Shown here: in pieces, positions 1 through 10,956 of the stretch | Layout: each line of letters begins with the position of its first letter | Position numbering within the stretch: the first letter of the stretch is position 1 | Assembly: GCA_015065005.1 (NCBI GenBank) | Contig: SVRE01000004.1 | Span: forward strand, 1,922-65,921 | Direction: 5' to 3' | DNA from: Oscillospiraceae bacterium | GTDB taxonomy: Bacteria > Bacillota > Clostridia > Oscillospirales > CAG-272 | DNA: 64,000 nt | Notes under the pieces: model-generated | Database searches by the model: none | What the model was told of the DNA's origin: nothing | Seen by the model: the letters and a program-made list of their open reading frames with translations, nothing else | Position numbers and translations under genes: made by a program

Positions 1-2
1 AT

Positions 3-326
3 AGTGAAAATCTTCACTCAAAAGATACATATGTCGCAGGACCTAATTCGCCCTCGATTGGTGAAATGGTTAAAAGCAGATTGATTTTTGAGGATATATG
101 TACTACCTTGACTACAACAGTAGATTTTGGCACAAGTTTTGAAAATAAGGTTATGCATATCACGTGTCCAAAGGGATTTGTGTCTCAAGTTGTAGGACAC
201 AAAAGAAAGAATATTATTGAATGGAAAAAAATGTTTGGATTGAAAAACATTTTAGTTTATGAAAATCCAGATTTAGATAACAAAACGATTATATCTGAAA
301 TAAAGGAGGAAAACTCATGCGTTTAA
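3..326 (+). CDS. 3' end of a conserved protein gene entering from the left edge. Function cannot be assigned from this fragment; a radical-SAM protein often occupies this position upstream of smc in Clostridia.
   Basis: The frame is open from nt 3 (SENLHSKDTYVAGPNSPSIGEMVKSR...) to TAA 324-326. The Met at 66 in the ORF track is internal. There is a 10-nt overlap with smc. Confidence 0.45.
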   Translation, partial: SENLHSKDTYVAGPNSPSIGEMVKSRLIFEDICTTLTTTVDFGTSFENKVMHITCPKGFVSQVVGHKRKNIIEWKKMFGLKNILVYENPDLDNKTIISEIKEENSCV

Positions 327-3300
327 AGTCACTTGAGCTACAAGGCTTTAAGTCCTTCCCGGATAAGACAACCTTGTATTTTGATGATGGCGCCACGGTT
401 ATAGTTGGTCCTAACGGAAGTGGCAAATCTAATATCACTGACGCGATGCGTTGGGTGCTTGGTGAGCTTTCCACAAAAACTCTTCGTGGTTCAAAAATGG
501 AGGACGTAATATTTATTGGTACTGAGGTTCGTAAGCCCATGAGCTATGCCGAGGTATCTGTTACATTTGACAATTCATCCGAAGAGGGAAGAATAAATAG
601 TCCATATGACACTATCACAGTTACCAGACGTTATTTTCGTGCTGGAGAAAGTGAATATCTGATCAATAAAAATCCGTGTAGGCTCCGTGATATTCATGAG
701 CTTTTTATGAATACAGGTGTCGGCCGTGAGGGTTATTCTATAATCGGTCAGGGTCGAATTGCTGAAATCATTTCTAAAAAGAGTGAGGACAGAAGAAATA
801 TTTTTGAAGAAGCTGCCGGAATTGCAAAAAGCAGATATCAAAAAGAGGATGCCGAAAGAAAGCTTAGGGCAACTGAAGATAATATGGAACGTGTATTTGA
901 TATTTATAACGAATACGCTAACCGTATCGGTCCGTTGAAAACTGCAGCCGATAAGGCGATAAAGTACCACGAGTTATATGACAAGAGAAAAGAAGCCGAG
1001 GTTTCTTTGTGGATTTATGATTCACAAAAAACTAAAGCTGATATTGAAAAGCAAGGACAGGTTTTTCAACTATCCGAGGAAGAATTAGAGCAAACCGATG
1101 AAACCATCAGAAAGCTTGAAACAAAAGATGCAGCATTATACGAAAAAATCATTGAAGCTCGTAAGGAAAGTGAAGCAATTCTAACACAGATTAACTCTTG
1201 CTCCAATACTATCAGCAATCTTGATAGAGAGCTAAGCGTTATGGAAAATGATGTTGAGCATGCAAAGATGTCTTCAAGCGCTCAGATCGAAGAACTGGAG
1301 CGAATTAATGCCAAAAAAGAGTTTTGTGAGATTGAAATTAAAGAAAAAGAAGCTAATTATGACAGGATTAATGAGCTTTTGCAATCTGCAAAACAAGAAA
1401 AAGAAGTTCTGGAAAAAAATGGTGGAGAGCTAAAGCTAAAGGTTGATCAAGCTGAAGAAGAGATAGAACGCTTATTCCAAGAGATTAAAGGACTTGAAGC
1501 TAATGCTAACGAAATAGTTGTTAAACTTTCGGTTTTAGAAAATACTCAGTTCAATGGAGACGAGCGAAGGGAAGAAATCAGCAATGATATTGCAAAATAC
1601 AGAGCTGATTTCGATGAGCTTAATGATAAGGCAGATGCCCAAGCTAAGGTTTTAGCTAAGTATGAAGCGACTCTTAGTGAGTTAGAAGAAAGACTAACAG
1701 CTACAAACAACGAAATAGATGAAAAAACAGAAAAATATGAAGCTCTGAAGGAAGAAATGAATGTTCTTAAATCTAAGCAGCTTGCACTTAGAGAAAGAAT
1801 AAATGCTTTGAACTCAATGGAAGAGCTTTTTGAGGGATATGCAAAGAGCGTAGGCTTCATAATGAACGCATATAAAAACGGCGAAATTCAAGGCTGCGGC
1901 ACTGTTTATGGACCTGTTTCTACATTGATTTCTGTTTCTAATGAATATATATCAGCAATAGAAACTGCGCTCGGTGCTGGACTTCAGCATATCGTTGTTG
2001 ATAATGAAAAAACTGCTAAGTCTTGTATTATGGCACTTAAGGAAAATAAGGTTGGTAGGGCAACATTCTATCCAATAAGCTCGGTTAGCGGGCAAAATCC
2101 TACCCAGGAAATGCTTAATGCGAAAAAGTATAAGGGCTATATTGGTGTCGCTGATGACTTGATTAAGTTTGACAGTAAATTTGAAAAAATATTTTCTTCT
2201 TTACTTGGTCGAACTGTAGTATTTGATAATATTGACAATGCTACAGAAATGGCAAAAGAGCAGAATTACAAAGTAAAGGTTGTTACCCTTGATGGACAAA
2301 TTATTAACGTTGGAGGTTCGTTTACCGGTGGTTCTGTAAAGCAAGAAGGTACAATGCTTTCACGTAGTGTTGATATCAAAAGGATGGAAGAAGAAGAGGC
2401 TGAACTCATCTCGCGAATTGATGATATTAAAGCTGTAGGTCAAAAGCTTGGTGAAAGATTAAGAGAGCTTACTTCAATTCGTTTAGCTGATAAACAGCAA
2501 TATGATTTGACGGATACAATTTACAGGGATGAAAAAACTGAGTACGATTCCCTAATTGTAAAAATGGAATTTTCCAAAAATCAAATCGAAGGACTTGAGG
2601 ACAGTACAAAAAAGCTGTTTGATGAAGAAGAGAAGAACAAAAATGAGGTTGAGGCTCTTAAGCTAAAACAGGTAGAGATTAAAGAGTTGATCAGCACCAT
2701 TTCCGAAAGAAGATTTAATATTGATATGGAGAAGGGCGAAACAGAAAATGAGGTTGAAGCCATTCAACGTAAGATAGTAAATAAGGAAATTGAAATTACC
2801 GCAATAAACAAGGATATTGAAGCTGCTGTTGCTGCGATTTTGAGTGCTAAGGAAAGACTTGATGAAATCGAGGCGGACATTAAAGAAAGAAAGGATAAGA
2901 TGGAGCAGTATAATGAGGCTGTTTCTTCTTCCGGCGAGAAAAAGGCACATAACAGAAAGCTATATCATGATGCACAAGAAAGGCAGAACAACTTACAATG
3001 TCAAAGAGATGACTTGCTTGCACAAATCGCTAATTTAGAGCAAAAGAGAACAGAGCTTAACAAAACATACAAGGACATTGTATCAAAGAAAGAGCTTGTA
3101 ATTCGTTCTAACTCTGAAAGCAAGAGCCATCTTGAGCAGTTAAAGCTGCAATTTGACAATATGGTTGACAAATTGTACCAGGATTATGGTTTAACCTATT
3201 CTACCGCAGTTGAGCTTGGTTATCCGGAGGTTACCTCTGAAAACCGCAAGGAAATTCACGCTTTAGCTGTTGAGTGCAGAAACAAGCTTCGTGCTCTTGG

Positions 3301-3934
3301 TCATGTTAATCCAAATGCAATGGATGAGTACAAGGAAGTTAAAGAGAAGTATGATTATTACAATACTCAATTAACTGATTTAAAGTCCGCTAAAGAGGAT
3401 TTAACAAAAATAATTGTTGATATGGAAACCAAGATGAAGGAAAGCTTTATCCAGGCATTCCGTGCTATCAATGAGAATTTTAACTTAGTATTTAAAGAAT
3501 TGTTTGGTGGCGGTCATGCTGAGCTGTCACTTGAGGATGAAAATGATATTCTTAATTGCGGCATTGAAATCAAGGCCGCGCCTCCCGGTAAGGTTATTAA
3601 GAGTCTTATGCTTTTGTCTGGTGGTGAGCAGGCATTTGTTGCTATTGCATTACTTTTTGCAATTCTGAAAGTAAATCCAACACCGTTCTGTATTTTTGAT
3701 GAAATTGAGGCGGCACTTGATGATGTTAACGTTGCAAGATTTGGTCAGTACGTTAAAAGATACTCAGGTCAAACCCAGTTTATCATTATTACCCACCGTC
3801 GTGGAACAATGGAAATTGCAGACCGTCTATACGGTGTAACAATGCCTCAAAAGGGTATTTCCAAGGTTCTTACTATGGATGTTAATGATGTTGGTAAGGA
3901 TAATATATTAAAGGACGATGGTCCTAAACAATAA
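317..3934 (+). CDS. smc: Chromosome segregation protein SMC
   Basis: 1205 aa with N-terminal Walker A GPNGSGKSN, long coiled-coil arms, a hinge, and C-terminal LSGGE signature plus Walker B FCIFDEIEAALD. RBS AAAGGAGG lies upstream. Confidence 0.97.
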   Translation: MRLKSLELQGFKSFPDKTTLYFDDGATVIVGPNGSGKSNITDAMRWVLGELSTKTLRGSKMEDVIFIGTEVRKPMSYAEVSVTFDNSSEEGRINSPYDTITVTRRYFRAGESEYLINKNPCRLRDIHELFMNTGVGREGYSIIGQGRIAEIISKKSEDRRNIFEEAAGIAKSRYQKEDAERKLRATEDNMERVFDIYNEYANRIGPLKTAADKAIKYHELYDKRKEAEVSLWIYDSQKTKADIEKQGQVFQLSEEELEQTDETIRKLETKDAALYEKIIEARKESEAILTQINSCSNTISNLDRELSVMENDVEHAKMSSSAQIEELERINAKKEFCEIEIKEKEANYDRINELLQSAKQEKEVLEKNGGELKLKVDQAEEEIERLFQEIKGLEANANEIVVKLSVLENTQFNGDERREEISNDIAKYRADFDELNDKADAQAKVLAKYEATLSELEERLTATNNEIDEKTEKYEALKEEMNVLKSKQLALRERINALNSMEELFEGYAKSVGFIMNAYKNGEIQGCGTVYGPVSTLISVSNEYISAIETALGAGLQHIVVDNEKTAKSCIMALKENKVGRATFYPISSVSGQNPTQEMLNAKKYKGYIGVADDLIKFDSKFEKIFSSLLGRTVVFDNIDNATEMAKEQNYKVKVVTLDGQIINVGGSFTGGSVKQEGTMLSRSVDIKRMEEEEAELISRIDDIKAVGQKLGERLRELTSIRLADKQQYDLTDTIYRDEKTEYDSLIVKMEFSKNQIEGLEDSTKKLFDEEEKNKNEVEALKLKQVEIKELISTISERRFNIDMEKGETENEVEAIQRKIVNKEIEITAINKDIEAAVAAILSAKERLDEIEADIKERKDKMEQYNEAVSSSGEKKAHNRKLYHDAQERQNNLQCQRDDLLAQIANLEQKRTELNKTYKDIVSKKELVIRSNSESKSHLEQLKLQFDNMVDKLYQDYGLTYSTAVELGYPEVTSENRKEIHALAVECRNKLRALGHVNPNAMDEYKEVKEKYDYYNTQLTDLKSAKEDLTKIIVDMETKMKESFIQAFRAINENFNLVFKELFGGGHAELSLEDENDILNCGIEIKAAPPGKVIKSLMLLSGGEQAFVAIALLFAILKVNPTPFCIFDEIEAALDDVNVARFGQYVKRYSGQTQFIIITHRRGTMEIADRLYGVTMPQKGISKVLTMDVNDVGKDNILKDDGPKQ

Positions 3935-3943
3935 GGAGATAAT

Positions 3944-4849
3944 ATGTCTTTTTTTGAAAAACTTAAAAGAGGACTTCAAAAAACAAAAAATGCGTTATTT
4001 AAGCCCTTTTCCAACCTTTTCAAGAGCTTAAGAAGGATAGATGAGGACTTAATGGAGGAGCTTGAAGAAATTCTTGTTTGTGCTGATGTTGGTGCTGTTA
4101 CAACAGATGAGATTTTGACTAAGCTAAGAGAAGAAATAAAGGAAAACAAAATCAAGGATTCTGATGATGTTAAGGCTTCGCTTAAGGAAATAATGCGCGA
4201 AATGCTTGGACAAGGCGGAGAGATAAGCTTTGGCAAGGATATGACGGTAATACTTGTAATTGGTGTTAACGGTGTAGGAAAAACAACATCTATTGGAAAA
4301 ATCGCGGCGGCACTCAAAAGACAACACAAAAAGGTTGTTGTTGCGGCCGCAGACACATTCAGAGCTGCTGCTATCGACCAATTAAACGTTTGGACTGACA
4401 GAGCCGGTGTTGATTTAATTAAGCACACAGAGGGCTCGGACCCTGCTGCTGTTGTTTTTGATGCAATCAATGCTGCTAAAAAGAGAAATGCTGACGTGCT
4501 CATTGTTGATACAGCCGGTCGTTTGCACAATAAGAAAAACTTGATGAATGAGCTTGCTAAAATTGACAGGGTGGTTACAAGAGAAATACCTGATGCAACA
4601 AGAGAAACCTTGCTTGTATTAGATTCTACGACCGGTCAAAATGCTGTTAATCAGGCGAAAGAATTTAAAAATGCCGCAGATATTACCGGTATAGTGCTGA
4701 CTAAGCTTGACGGAACTGCTAAGGGCGGTATAATATTCTCAATTAAGAATGAGCTTGATATTCCGGTTAAGTATATTGGAGTTGGTGAGCAAATTGATGA
4801 TATGGAGAAGTTTGACGCAGACGATTTTATTGATGCGTTGTTTGAATAA
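3944..4849 (+). CDS. ftsY: Signal recognition particle receptor FtsY
   Basis: SRP-GTPase motifs GVNGVGKTT, DTAGR and TKLDG. 301 aa, directly after smc as is usual in Firmicutes. Confidence 0.95.
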   Translation: MSFFEKLKRGLQKTKNALFKPFSNLFKSLRRIDEDLMEELEEILVCADVGAVTTDEILTKLREEIKENKIKDSDDVKASLKEIMREMLGQGGEISFGKDMTVILVIGVNGVGKTTSIGKIAAALKRQHKKVVVAAADTFRAAAIDQLNVWTDRAGVDLIKHTEGSDPAAVVFDAINAAKKRNADVLIVDTAGRLHNKKNLMNELAKIDRVVTREIPDATRETLLVLDSTTGQNAVNQAKEFKNAADITGIVLTKLDGTAKGGIIFSIKNELDIPVKYIGVGEQIDDMEKFDADDFIDALFE

Positions 4850-4851
4850 AT

Positions 4852-5445
4852 ATGATAAAAGTAGTTTTAGCAACAAGAAATAAGAATAAAATTCATGAGC
4901 TCAGAACTTTTTTTCGCGAGCTTTCTGATTTAGACATAACCGTATTGTCACTTGATGATATAGGCTATTATGGTGAGATTGAAGAGTGCGGAAATACATT
5001 TGAGGAAAATGCAATTGCAAAGGCATCTGTTCCTGCAAGGCTTGGCTATATTGGAATAGCTGATGATTCCGGCATTTGTGTTGATGCTTTAGGTGGCGCT
5101 CCCGGCATTTATTCTGCACGCTTTTCCGGCGGTGATGATGAGGCCAATAATGATCTTTTGCTTCAAAAGCTCGAGGGAGAAAGTGAGCGTGGAGCGAAGT
5201 ATGTATGTGCAATGGCTTGTGTTTTTCCTGACCATTCAAAGGATTTCACTGTACGTGGCGAATGTTATGGTAAAATATTGACCGAAAGACATGGGGATGG
5301 CGGCTTTGGATATGATCCGCTGTTCTATTATGAGCCTTTTGGTAAAACCTTTGCCGAAGTAGATTTGGCAAAGAAAAACAAGGTTAGTCACAGAGGCGTT
5401 GCAATGAGAAGCTTTATTAAAAAAATATCGAAGGTGTTATCATGA
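4852..5445 (+). CDS. rdgB: dITP/XTP pyrophosphatase (Ham1/RdgB family)
   Basis: ATRNKNKIHEL N-terminus plus FGYDPLF and SHRG motifs. 197 aa. Confidence 0.9.
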   Translation: MIKVVLATRNKNKIHELRTFFRELSDLDITVLSLDDIGYYGEIEECGNTFEENAIAKASVPARLGYIGIADDSGICVDALGGAPGIYSARFSGGDDEANNDLLLQKLEGESERGAKYVCAMACVFPDHSKDFTVRGECYGKILTERHGDGGFGYDPLFYYEPFGKTFAEVDLAKKNKVSHRGVAMRSFIKKISKVLS

Positions 5446-5741
5446 CAAGTAAACAAAGATCATACCTGAAAAGCCTGGCTGTAAAATTGGATACAATTTT
5501 TCAAATTGGTAAAGGCGGCATAACTGATGAGCTTTGCACTCAGCTTTTAAATGCTCTTAATGCAAGAGAATTAATCAAGATTAAGGTCCTGGAAACTTCA
5601 CCAAATTCTGCTAAAGAAACGGCGGAAATGATTTCTGAGGAAATAGATGCCCAGGTTGTACAAGTAATCGGAACAAAGATTGTTTTGTATCGTGTTTCCG
5701 ATATTGAGAAAAACAGAAAAATAGATATAACAAAAATATGA
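5442..5741 (+). CDS. yhbY: YhbY-like CRM-domain RNA-binding protein
   Basis: 99 aa with GKGGITDE motif. 4-nt overlaps with both neighbours suggest translational coupling. Confidence 0.85.
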   Translation: MTSKQRSYLKSLAVKLDTIFQIGKGGITDELCTQLLNALNARELIKIKVLETSPNSAKETAEMISEEIDAQVVQVIGTKIVLYRVSDIEKNRKIDITKI

Positions 5742-6358
5742 TGAGAATAGGTATTTACGGTGGCACCTTTGACCCGCCTCACAATGGACATGTAAGTGCG
5801 TTAAAGGCGTTTACGGAGCAGTTTGACTTTGACAAGATATTTATTATCCCTGTGCTTATTCCTCCTCACAAAAGTCGTAAATCGACCGTAAGTGCTGAGG
5901 ATAGGCTGAATATGTCTGATTTGGCATTTAAAAATCTGTCGAAAATAATAGAGATTTCTGATCTGGAAATAAACCGACAGGGCAAAAGCTATACAGCGGA
6001 TACCATACGTGAGATTAAAAATATGGGTTATGATGACATCTATTTCTTATGTGGTACAGATATGCTGTTAACTCTTGATTCATGGTATATGCCTGAGTAC
6101 ATTTTTGCTAATGCGACTATTGTTTATGCAAGGCGTGAATGTGATGAGCGGCTTGATATCGAAATTTCAGAAAAGATACAGAATTATCAAGCTAAATTTA
6201 ATGCAAAAATTATTCCGTTAAAAACTCAAATTATTGAGATCTCTTCATCAGAAATAAGGGAATCGCTTGACACGGAAAGCCGTAATCGTTATTTACCTTC
6301 CGAGGTGGCTGACTATATAATCAATCACGGTTTGTATAAGGATGTGAGCACTATATGA
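5738..6358 (+). CDS. nadD: Nicotinate-nucleotide adenylyltransferase
   Basis: GGTFDPPHNGH (HxGH) and SSSEIR motifs. 206 aa. Confidence 0.93.
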   Translation: MMRIGIYGGTFDPPHNGHVSALKAFTEQFDFDKIFIIPVLIPPHKSRKSTVSAEDRLNMSDLAFKNLSKIIEISDLEINRQGKSYTADTIREIKNMGYDDIYFLCGTDMLLTLDSWYMPEYIFANATIVYARRECDERLDIEISEKIQNYQAKFNAKIIPLKTQIIEISSSEIRESLDTESRNRYLPSEVADYIINHGLYKDVSTI

Positions 6359-6993
6359 GTTATGATTATGAATTTATAACCGGCGTGTTAAAAACGCTTG
6401 AAACGGAAAAAAGATATAAGCACACTCTTGGTGTGAAAAAGGAAGCATACACTCTTGGTATGATTTTTATGCCTGAAAAATCGGACAAGCTGGCACTTGC
6501 GGGGCTTCTGCACGATATAACCAAGGATTTCAGCTTGGAAAAGCAATTATCTCTATGTGATGAGTATGCAATATCGATTAACAGGGAAAATTTAGTGCCT
6601 AAGCTGCTGCATGCAAAAACAGGCTGTGAGTATGCAAAAAGGATTTTCGGCGAGGATATTGTCGATAAAGAGGTATATGATGGTATATATTATCATACTA
6701 CCGGAAGAAGCAATATGTCCTTGTTTGAAATAATTATTTACTTGGCTGATTATATAGAAGAGGGTAGGCAATTTGAGGATTGCGTTTTGTTAAGAGATTT
6801 TTTCTACGATAATATAAGAAAAGCGCAAAACAAGGAAGAGCAATTTGAGGTTTTGAGAAAAACAATGGTTCTGTCCTTCGACCTGACCATTAAGAATTTG
6901 CTTGAAGAAGGAAAACAAATTGATTCCGATACGGTAAATGCCCGAAATTACTATTTAACTAATAAAAATCTGTTGGATTCTATGGAGGAATAA
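6355..6993 (+). CDS. yqeK: HD-domain protein YqeK (bis(5'-nucleosyl)-tetraphosphatase family)
   Basis: HD motif LLHDITK. Sits in the conserved nadD-yqeK-rsfS order. Confidence 0.85.
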   Translation: MSYDYEFITGVLKTLETEKRYKHTLGVKKEAYTLGMIFMPEKSDKLALAGLLHDITKDFSLEKQLSLCDEYAISINRENLVPKLLHAKTGCEYAKRIFGEDIVDKEVYDGIYYHTTGRSNMSLFEIIIYLADYIEEGRQFEDCVLLRDFFYDNIRKAQNKEEQFEVLRKTMVLSFDLTIKNLLEEGKQIDSDTVNARNYYLTNKNLLDSMEE

Positions 6994-7389
6994 ATGGATA
7001 TACTATTTAACGTAAAAGATGGCGAGCTGGAAAATTCTACATCTTTTGAAATCGCTTGTGCAGCAGTAAAGGTTTTGGATTCTAAAAAAGCAGGAGATAT
7101 TAAACTCTTGAAAATTGATAAAAAAACAATAATTGCTGACTATTTTGTAATATGTACAGGTAATTCCAGTACACAAATTAAAACATTGGCTGATGAGGTT
7201 GAATATCAGTTAGGCGTTGGCAAGGTGCCATATGTCAGGCTTGAGGGAACCGATTCTGACGAATGGAAAATCATTGACTGTCACGACATTATAGTGCACG
7301 TCTTTTCAAACGAAGCCAGAGGCTTTTACAAGCTTGAAAAGTTGTGGGCTGATGCCGAGGAAATAGATATTAACAGCATTATAGGTTAG
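6994..7389 (+). CDS. rsfS: Ribosome silencing factor RsfS
   Basis: 131 aa with [13 protein letters not shown] and IIVHVF motifs. Conserved position after yqeK. Confidence 0.9.
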   Translation: MDILFNVKDGELENSTSFEIACAAVKVLDSKKAGDIKLLKIDKKTIIADYFVICTGNSSTQIKTLADEVEYQLGVGKVPYVRLEGTDSDEWKIIDCHDIIVHVFSNEARGFYKLEKLWADAEEIDINSIIG

Positions 7390-7400
7390 GGGAGCAAAAA

Positions 7401-9803
7401 ATGAAATACGAATTTACTCAAATCGACAAAAAATGGCAAGAAAAATGGGATGAAAAGGAAGCATTTAAGGTTTCAACTGACTATTCTAAACCCAAATATT
7501 ACACTTTGATAGAATTTCCATATCCGTCAGGTCAGGGATTACATATCGGACATCCGAGACCGTATACAGCTATGGATATTGTTTCCAGAAAGAAAAGAAT
7601 GGAGGGATATAACGTTCTTTTCCCAATGGGATGGGATGCTTTTGGCTTGCCAACTGAAAACTATGCAATTAAAAACCACGTTCATCCAAGCATAGTTACT
7701 GAAAAGAATATTAAGCATTTTAAAGAGCAGTTAAAGTCCATAGGCTATAGCTTTGACTGGTCTCGTGAAATTAATACAACAGATCCTGATTATTTTAAAT
7801 GGACACAGTGGATTTTCCTTCAACTGTACAAGAAGGGCCTTGCTTACAAGAAGGAAATGAATGTAAACTTCTGCACATCTTGTAAATGCGTTCTTGCAAA
7901 TGAAGAGGTAGTTAACGGCGTTTGCGAAAGATGCGGTAGTGAGGTTGTTCACAAGGTTAAGAGCCAATGGATGCTCAAGATTACCGAGTATGCGCAAAGG
8001 TTGATTGATGATTTAGCTGACCTTGATTTTATCGAAAGAGTTAAAACCCAGGAAATCAACTGGATTGGTAGAAGTGAAGGTGCTGAGGTAACATTTAATA
8101 CTACCATGGGTGATGAGGTAGTAGTATATACAACTCGTCCGGATACACTTTTTGGTGCGACCTACATGGTTATGGCTCCTGAGCATGCACTCATTGAAAA
8201 ATGGAAGGACAAGATCAACAATATTGATGAAGTAGATAATTACAAGGCTGAGGCTGCTAAAAAGTCCGATTTTGAAAGAACTGAGCTTGTAAAAGATAAA
8301 ACAGGTGTTTGCTTGGAAGGCGTTAAGGCTATAAATCCTGTGAACGGAAAAGAAATTCCTATCTTTATTTCCGATTATGTATTAGCAACATACGGAACAG
8401 GCGCAATTATGGCTGTTCCTGCCCATGATGAGCGTGACTGGGATTTTGCAAAGGTATTCGGTCTTCCAATTATAGAGGTTGTTGCAGGTGGAAATGTTGA
8501 AGAAGCGGCATTTACCGATGTTGCAACAGGTACTATGTGTAATTCAGGATTTTTAAACGGTCTTGAGGTTGCTGAAGCGAAAAAGGCTATTATTGCTTGG
8601 TTAGAAGAAAACGGAAAAGGCCACTCAAAGGTAAACTATAAGCTAAGAGACTGGGTATTCTCACGTCAAAGATATTGGGGTGAGCCCGTTCCTATGGTTT
8701 GGTGTGATAAGTGCGGTTGGGTTCCTGTGCCTGAAGACCAGCTTCCTGTCAAGCTTCCGGATGTTGAGCATTATGAGCCTACTGATACAGGTGAATCACC
8801 GCTTTCTAAGATTGATTGGTGGGTAAACACAACTTGCCCTTGCTGTGGCGCTCCCGCAAAGAGGGAAACAGATACAATGCCACAATGGGCAGGATCATCT
8901 TGGTATTTCTTGCGTTATTGTGACCCTGATAATAAAAACGAGCTTGCTTCCCGTGAAGCAATTGACTATTGGATGCCTGTTGACTGGTATAACGGTGGAA
9001 TGGAGCATGTAACTCTACACCTGCTATATTCCAGATTCTGGGCTAAATTCCTCTATGACATTGATGTAATCGGTTGTAAGGAGCCATATAAAAAGAGAAC
9101 TGCGCACGGTATGATCCTTGGTGAAAACGGTGAGAAAATGTCAAAATCCCGTGGAAATGTAGTTAATCCTGATGACGTAATTGGAGAATACGGCGCTGAT
9201 ACACTTCGTTTATATGAAATGTTTATTGGAGACTTTGAAAAGGCTGCACCGTGGAATCCTGCAAGCATCAGAGGCTGTAAGAGATTCCTTGACAGAGTTT
9301 CCTCTTTGCCGGAAATTGCTAAGGGTAACGGCGTTACCGAAAAGCTTGAGGGTTCAATGCATAAGCTTATTAAGAAGGTTACAAATGACATTGATACAAT
9401 GAAATTCAACACTGCAATTGCTGCAATGATGGCATTTATTAATGAGGTTTATGAATTTGGCACTTTAACCAATGATGAGCTTGCTACATTTATTAAGCTT
9501 CTTAATCCGTTTGCACCACACTTGACTGAGGAAATGTGGTCCAATATGGGCGGAGACGGTTTCTTGTCTCTTGCAAAGTGGCCTGAGTACGATGAAGCTA
9601 AAACTGTTGAGAATAATGTTGAAATTGCTGTACAAATTAACGGTAAGCTTCGCTCAACGATTACAGTTTCAAAAACTATTTCAAAGGAAGATGCAATTGC
9701 TGCCGCAAAAAATGATGTAAAGGTTGCAGAAGCTATTAGCGGAAAAACAATTGTAAAAGAGATTTTTGTTCCGGGAAAAATAGTAAATATTGTTGTAAAA
9801 TAA
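7401..9803 (+). CDS. leuS: Leucyl-tRNA synthetase
   Basis: 800 aa with HIGH-type motif [10 protein letters not shown] and KMSKS. Only 11 nt separate it from rsfS, so there is no leader. Confidence 0.97.
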   Translation: MKYEFTQIDKKWQEKWDEKEAFKVSTDYSKPKYYTLIEFPYPSGQGLHIGHPRPYTAMDIVSRKKRMEGYNVLFPMGWDAFGLPTENYAIKNHVHPSIVTEKNIKHFKEQLKSIGYSFDWSREINTTDPDYFKWTQWIFLQLYKKGLAYKKEMNVNFCTSCKCVLANEEVVNGVCERCGSEVVHKVKSQWMLKITEYAQRLIDDLADLDFIERVKTQEINWIGRSEGAEVTFNTTMGDEVVVYTTRPDTLFGATYMVMAPEHALIEKWKDKINNIDEVDNYKAEAAKKSDFERTELVKDKTGVCLEGVKAINPVNGKEIPIFISDYVLATYGTGAIMAVPAHDERDWDFAKVFGLPIIEVVAGGNVEEAAFTDVATGTMCNSGFLNGLEVAEAKKAIIAWLEENGKGHSKVNYKLRDWVFSRQRYWGEPVPMVWCDKCGWVPVPEDQLPVKLPDVEHYEPTDTGESPLSKIDWWVNTTCPCCGAPAKRETDTMPQWAGSSWYFLRYCDPDNKNELASREAIDYWMPVDWYNGGMEHVTLHLLYSRFWAKFLYDIDVIGCKEPYKKRTAHGMILGENGEKMSKSRGNVVNPDDVIGEYGADTLRLYEMFIGDFEKAAPWNPASIRGCKRFLDRVSSLPEIAKGNGVTEKLEGSMHKLIKKVTNDIDTMKFNTAIAAMMAFINEVYEFGTLTNDELATFIKLLNPFAPHLTEEMWSNMGGDGFLSLAKWPEYDEAKTVENNVEIAVQINGKLRSTITVSKTISKEDAIAAAKNDVKVAEAISGKTIVKEIFVPGKIVNIVVK

Positions 9804-9831
9804 ATTTTTTCAAAAAAATGTAAATTCTCTA

Positions 9832-9861
9832 TTGACAAATACAGTATGTTTGTACTATAAT
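9832..9861 (+). promoter_or_regulatory. Sigma-A type promoter for rpsU
   Basis: TTGACA (9832-9837), an 18-nt spacer, then TATAAT (9856-9861). Confidence 0.6.
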
Positions 9862-9909
9862 ATAATAGAGATTTAATCTCTTTGCTATACGCGGGGGGAG
9901 GGATATAGA

Positions 9910-10086
9910 ATGGCAGAAATTAGAGTTAAAGAAAATGAATCACTCGACAGTGCACTTCGTAGATTTAAGCGTCAGTGTGCTAGATCCGGAGTTCTTATGG
10001 AGCTTCGTAAGAGAGAGCATTACGAAAAACCAAGCGTTAAGAGAAAGAAAAAATCTGAAGCTGCAAGAAAGCGCAAGTTCAAATAA
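9910..10086 (+). CDS. rpsU: 30S ribosomal protein S21
   Basis: My own translation gives [58 protein letters not shown], 58 aa, which is below the track cutoff. RBS GGGGGGAGGG lies upstream. The track ORF 9935..10234 is in the wrong frame. Confidence 0.93.
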   Translation: MAEIRVKENESLDSALRRFKRQCARSGVLMELRKREHYEKPSVKRKKKSEAARKRKFK

Positions 10087-10112
10087 TTTGGACAAACGTA
10101 TTAAGCAACAAC

Positions 10113-10147
10113 AAAAGGAATTCGTGTTCGCGAATTCCTTTTTTGTT
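10113..10147 (+). terminator. Intrinsic terminator of rpsU
   Basis: AAAAGGAATTCG-tgtt-CGAATTCCTTTT hairpin followed by a T run. Confidence 0.8.
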
Positions 10148-10155
10148 TATAAAAG

Positions 10156-10181
10156 AAAAATCGGCAGGAGTGCCGATTTTT
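10156..10181. terminator. Hairpin terminator, probably serving the convergent minus-strand membrane gene
   Basis: AAAAATCGGCA-ggag-TGCCGATTTTT, flanked by A and T runs on both sides. Confidence 0.65.
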
Positions 10182-10780
10182 CAATCAAACTGTCTTTTGT
10201 AAGCCTTTTCTTCATTTTCATAGGAAGCAAATGAACGCTTAACATAAAAATAAGTTACAGATGATATTACATAAAAAATAGTGAATGACCCTATAAATAT
10301 CATAACAAGATTTCCTGTATTATATCCGGCAATAACAACTGTTAGTATTAAAAATGAAGCTAAGCTTAGCGCATAGTAGATTAAAGATTTAATTAAGTAA
10401 CTCTTAATTTTTAAATATCTGATCGTTAAAGCAATTATTAAAGAGTAACATAAAATCAAAATAATAGAGTATTTAGTCCATACTTTTCCATCCTCAATAA
10501 TAAAAACAAAGGTGTTGATAATAAAAGAAATAATTGTGTATATTGTCGCAGAGTAATTGATTATGGGATTATTAGCACTAACATGAAACAAAAAATAGAG
10601 GAAAAGCCCAATTATGAATGATATTGCGAAAATAATAAGATTAGCCCAGGCTTGTAAAAGCTTTTCGTTTAATGTGAGAGAGCAGACTAAGTTGATCAAA
10701 ATGCTGGTAGGTGCATATACAACGCATGATAGAATAAGTATAAGTAATGGTAATTTTTCTTTCTTTTCTTTTTTATTCAT
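10181..10780 (-). CDS. Hypothetical polytopic membrane protein
   Basis: Highly hydrophobic multi-TM translation. I prefer the MNKKEKKEK start at 10780 because AAAGGAG lies 8 nt upstream. The track start at 10837 lacks an RBS. Confidence 0.6.
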   Translation of the reverse strand: MNKKEKKEKLPLLILILSCVVYAPTSILINLVCSLTLNEKLLQAWANLIIFAISFIIGLFLYFLFHVSANNPIINYSATIYTIISFIINTFVFIIEDGKVWTKYSIILILCYSLIIALTIRYLKIKSYLIKSLIYYALSLASFLILTVVIAGYNTGNLVMIFIGSFTIFYVISSVTYFYVKRSFASYENEEKAYKRQFD

Positions 10781-10895
10781 TATGAAATCTCCTTTGAAGA
10801 TTATAATTAAGATACCATAAATTAAGGTATTTTTCAAGTTAAAATATAAAAATATGCAAAAAAGAAAAAATATTCACCGATTATGAATATTTTAC

Positions 10896-10924
10896 TTGAC
10901 TTTACTGACTAAAAAATATATAAT
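10896..10924 (+). promoter_or_regulatory. Sigma-A type promoter for nusB
   Basis: TTGACT, a 17-nt spacer, then TATAAT. Confidence 0.55.
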
Positions 10925-10956
10925 TATTATATAATACTATGTTAAGGAATTTTATT

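Noticed and set aside
3976-4530. Long antisense ORF (184 aa) inside ftsY. Similar antisense ORFs lie at 60690-61382 (230 aa, opposite vanZ/rpe), 18813-19289, 26210-26602, 13697-14098, 15145-15519 and 57768-58151.
   Set aside because: All lie opposite confidently identified conserved genes and lack RBS signals. Their low-complexity Ser/Leu/Ile-rich translations are typical of antisense frames of AT-rich coding DNA.
7390-7400. T-box leaders upstream of leuS and argS (44409-44425), as is common for Firmicutes aminoacyl-tRNA synthetase genes.
   Set aside because: The gaps are only 11 and 17 nt, so there is no room for a ~200-nt T-box. Both genes appear to be transcribed as internal operon members.
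9935-10234. Track ORF of 99 aa overlapping the rpsU region.
   Set aside because: It is in the wrong frame. The S21 sequence (9910-10086), with a strong RBS and terminator, explains the region, and the 99-aa ORF runs through two terminator hairpins.
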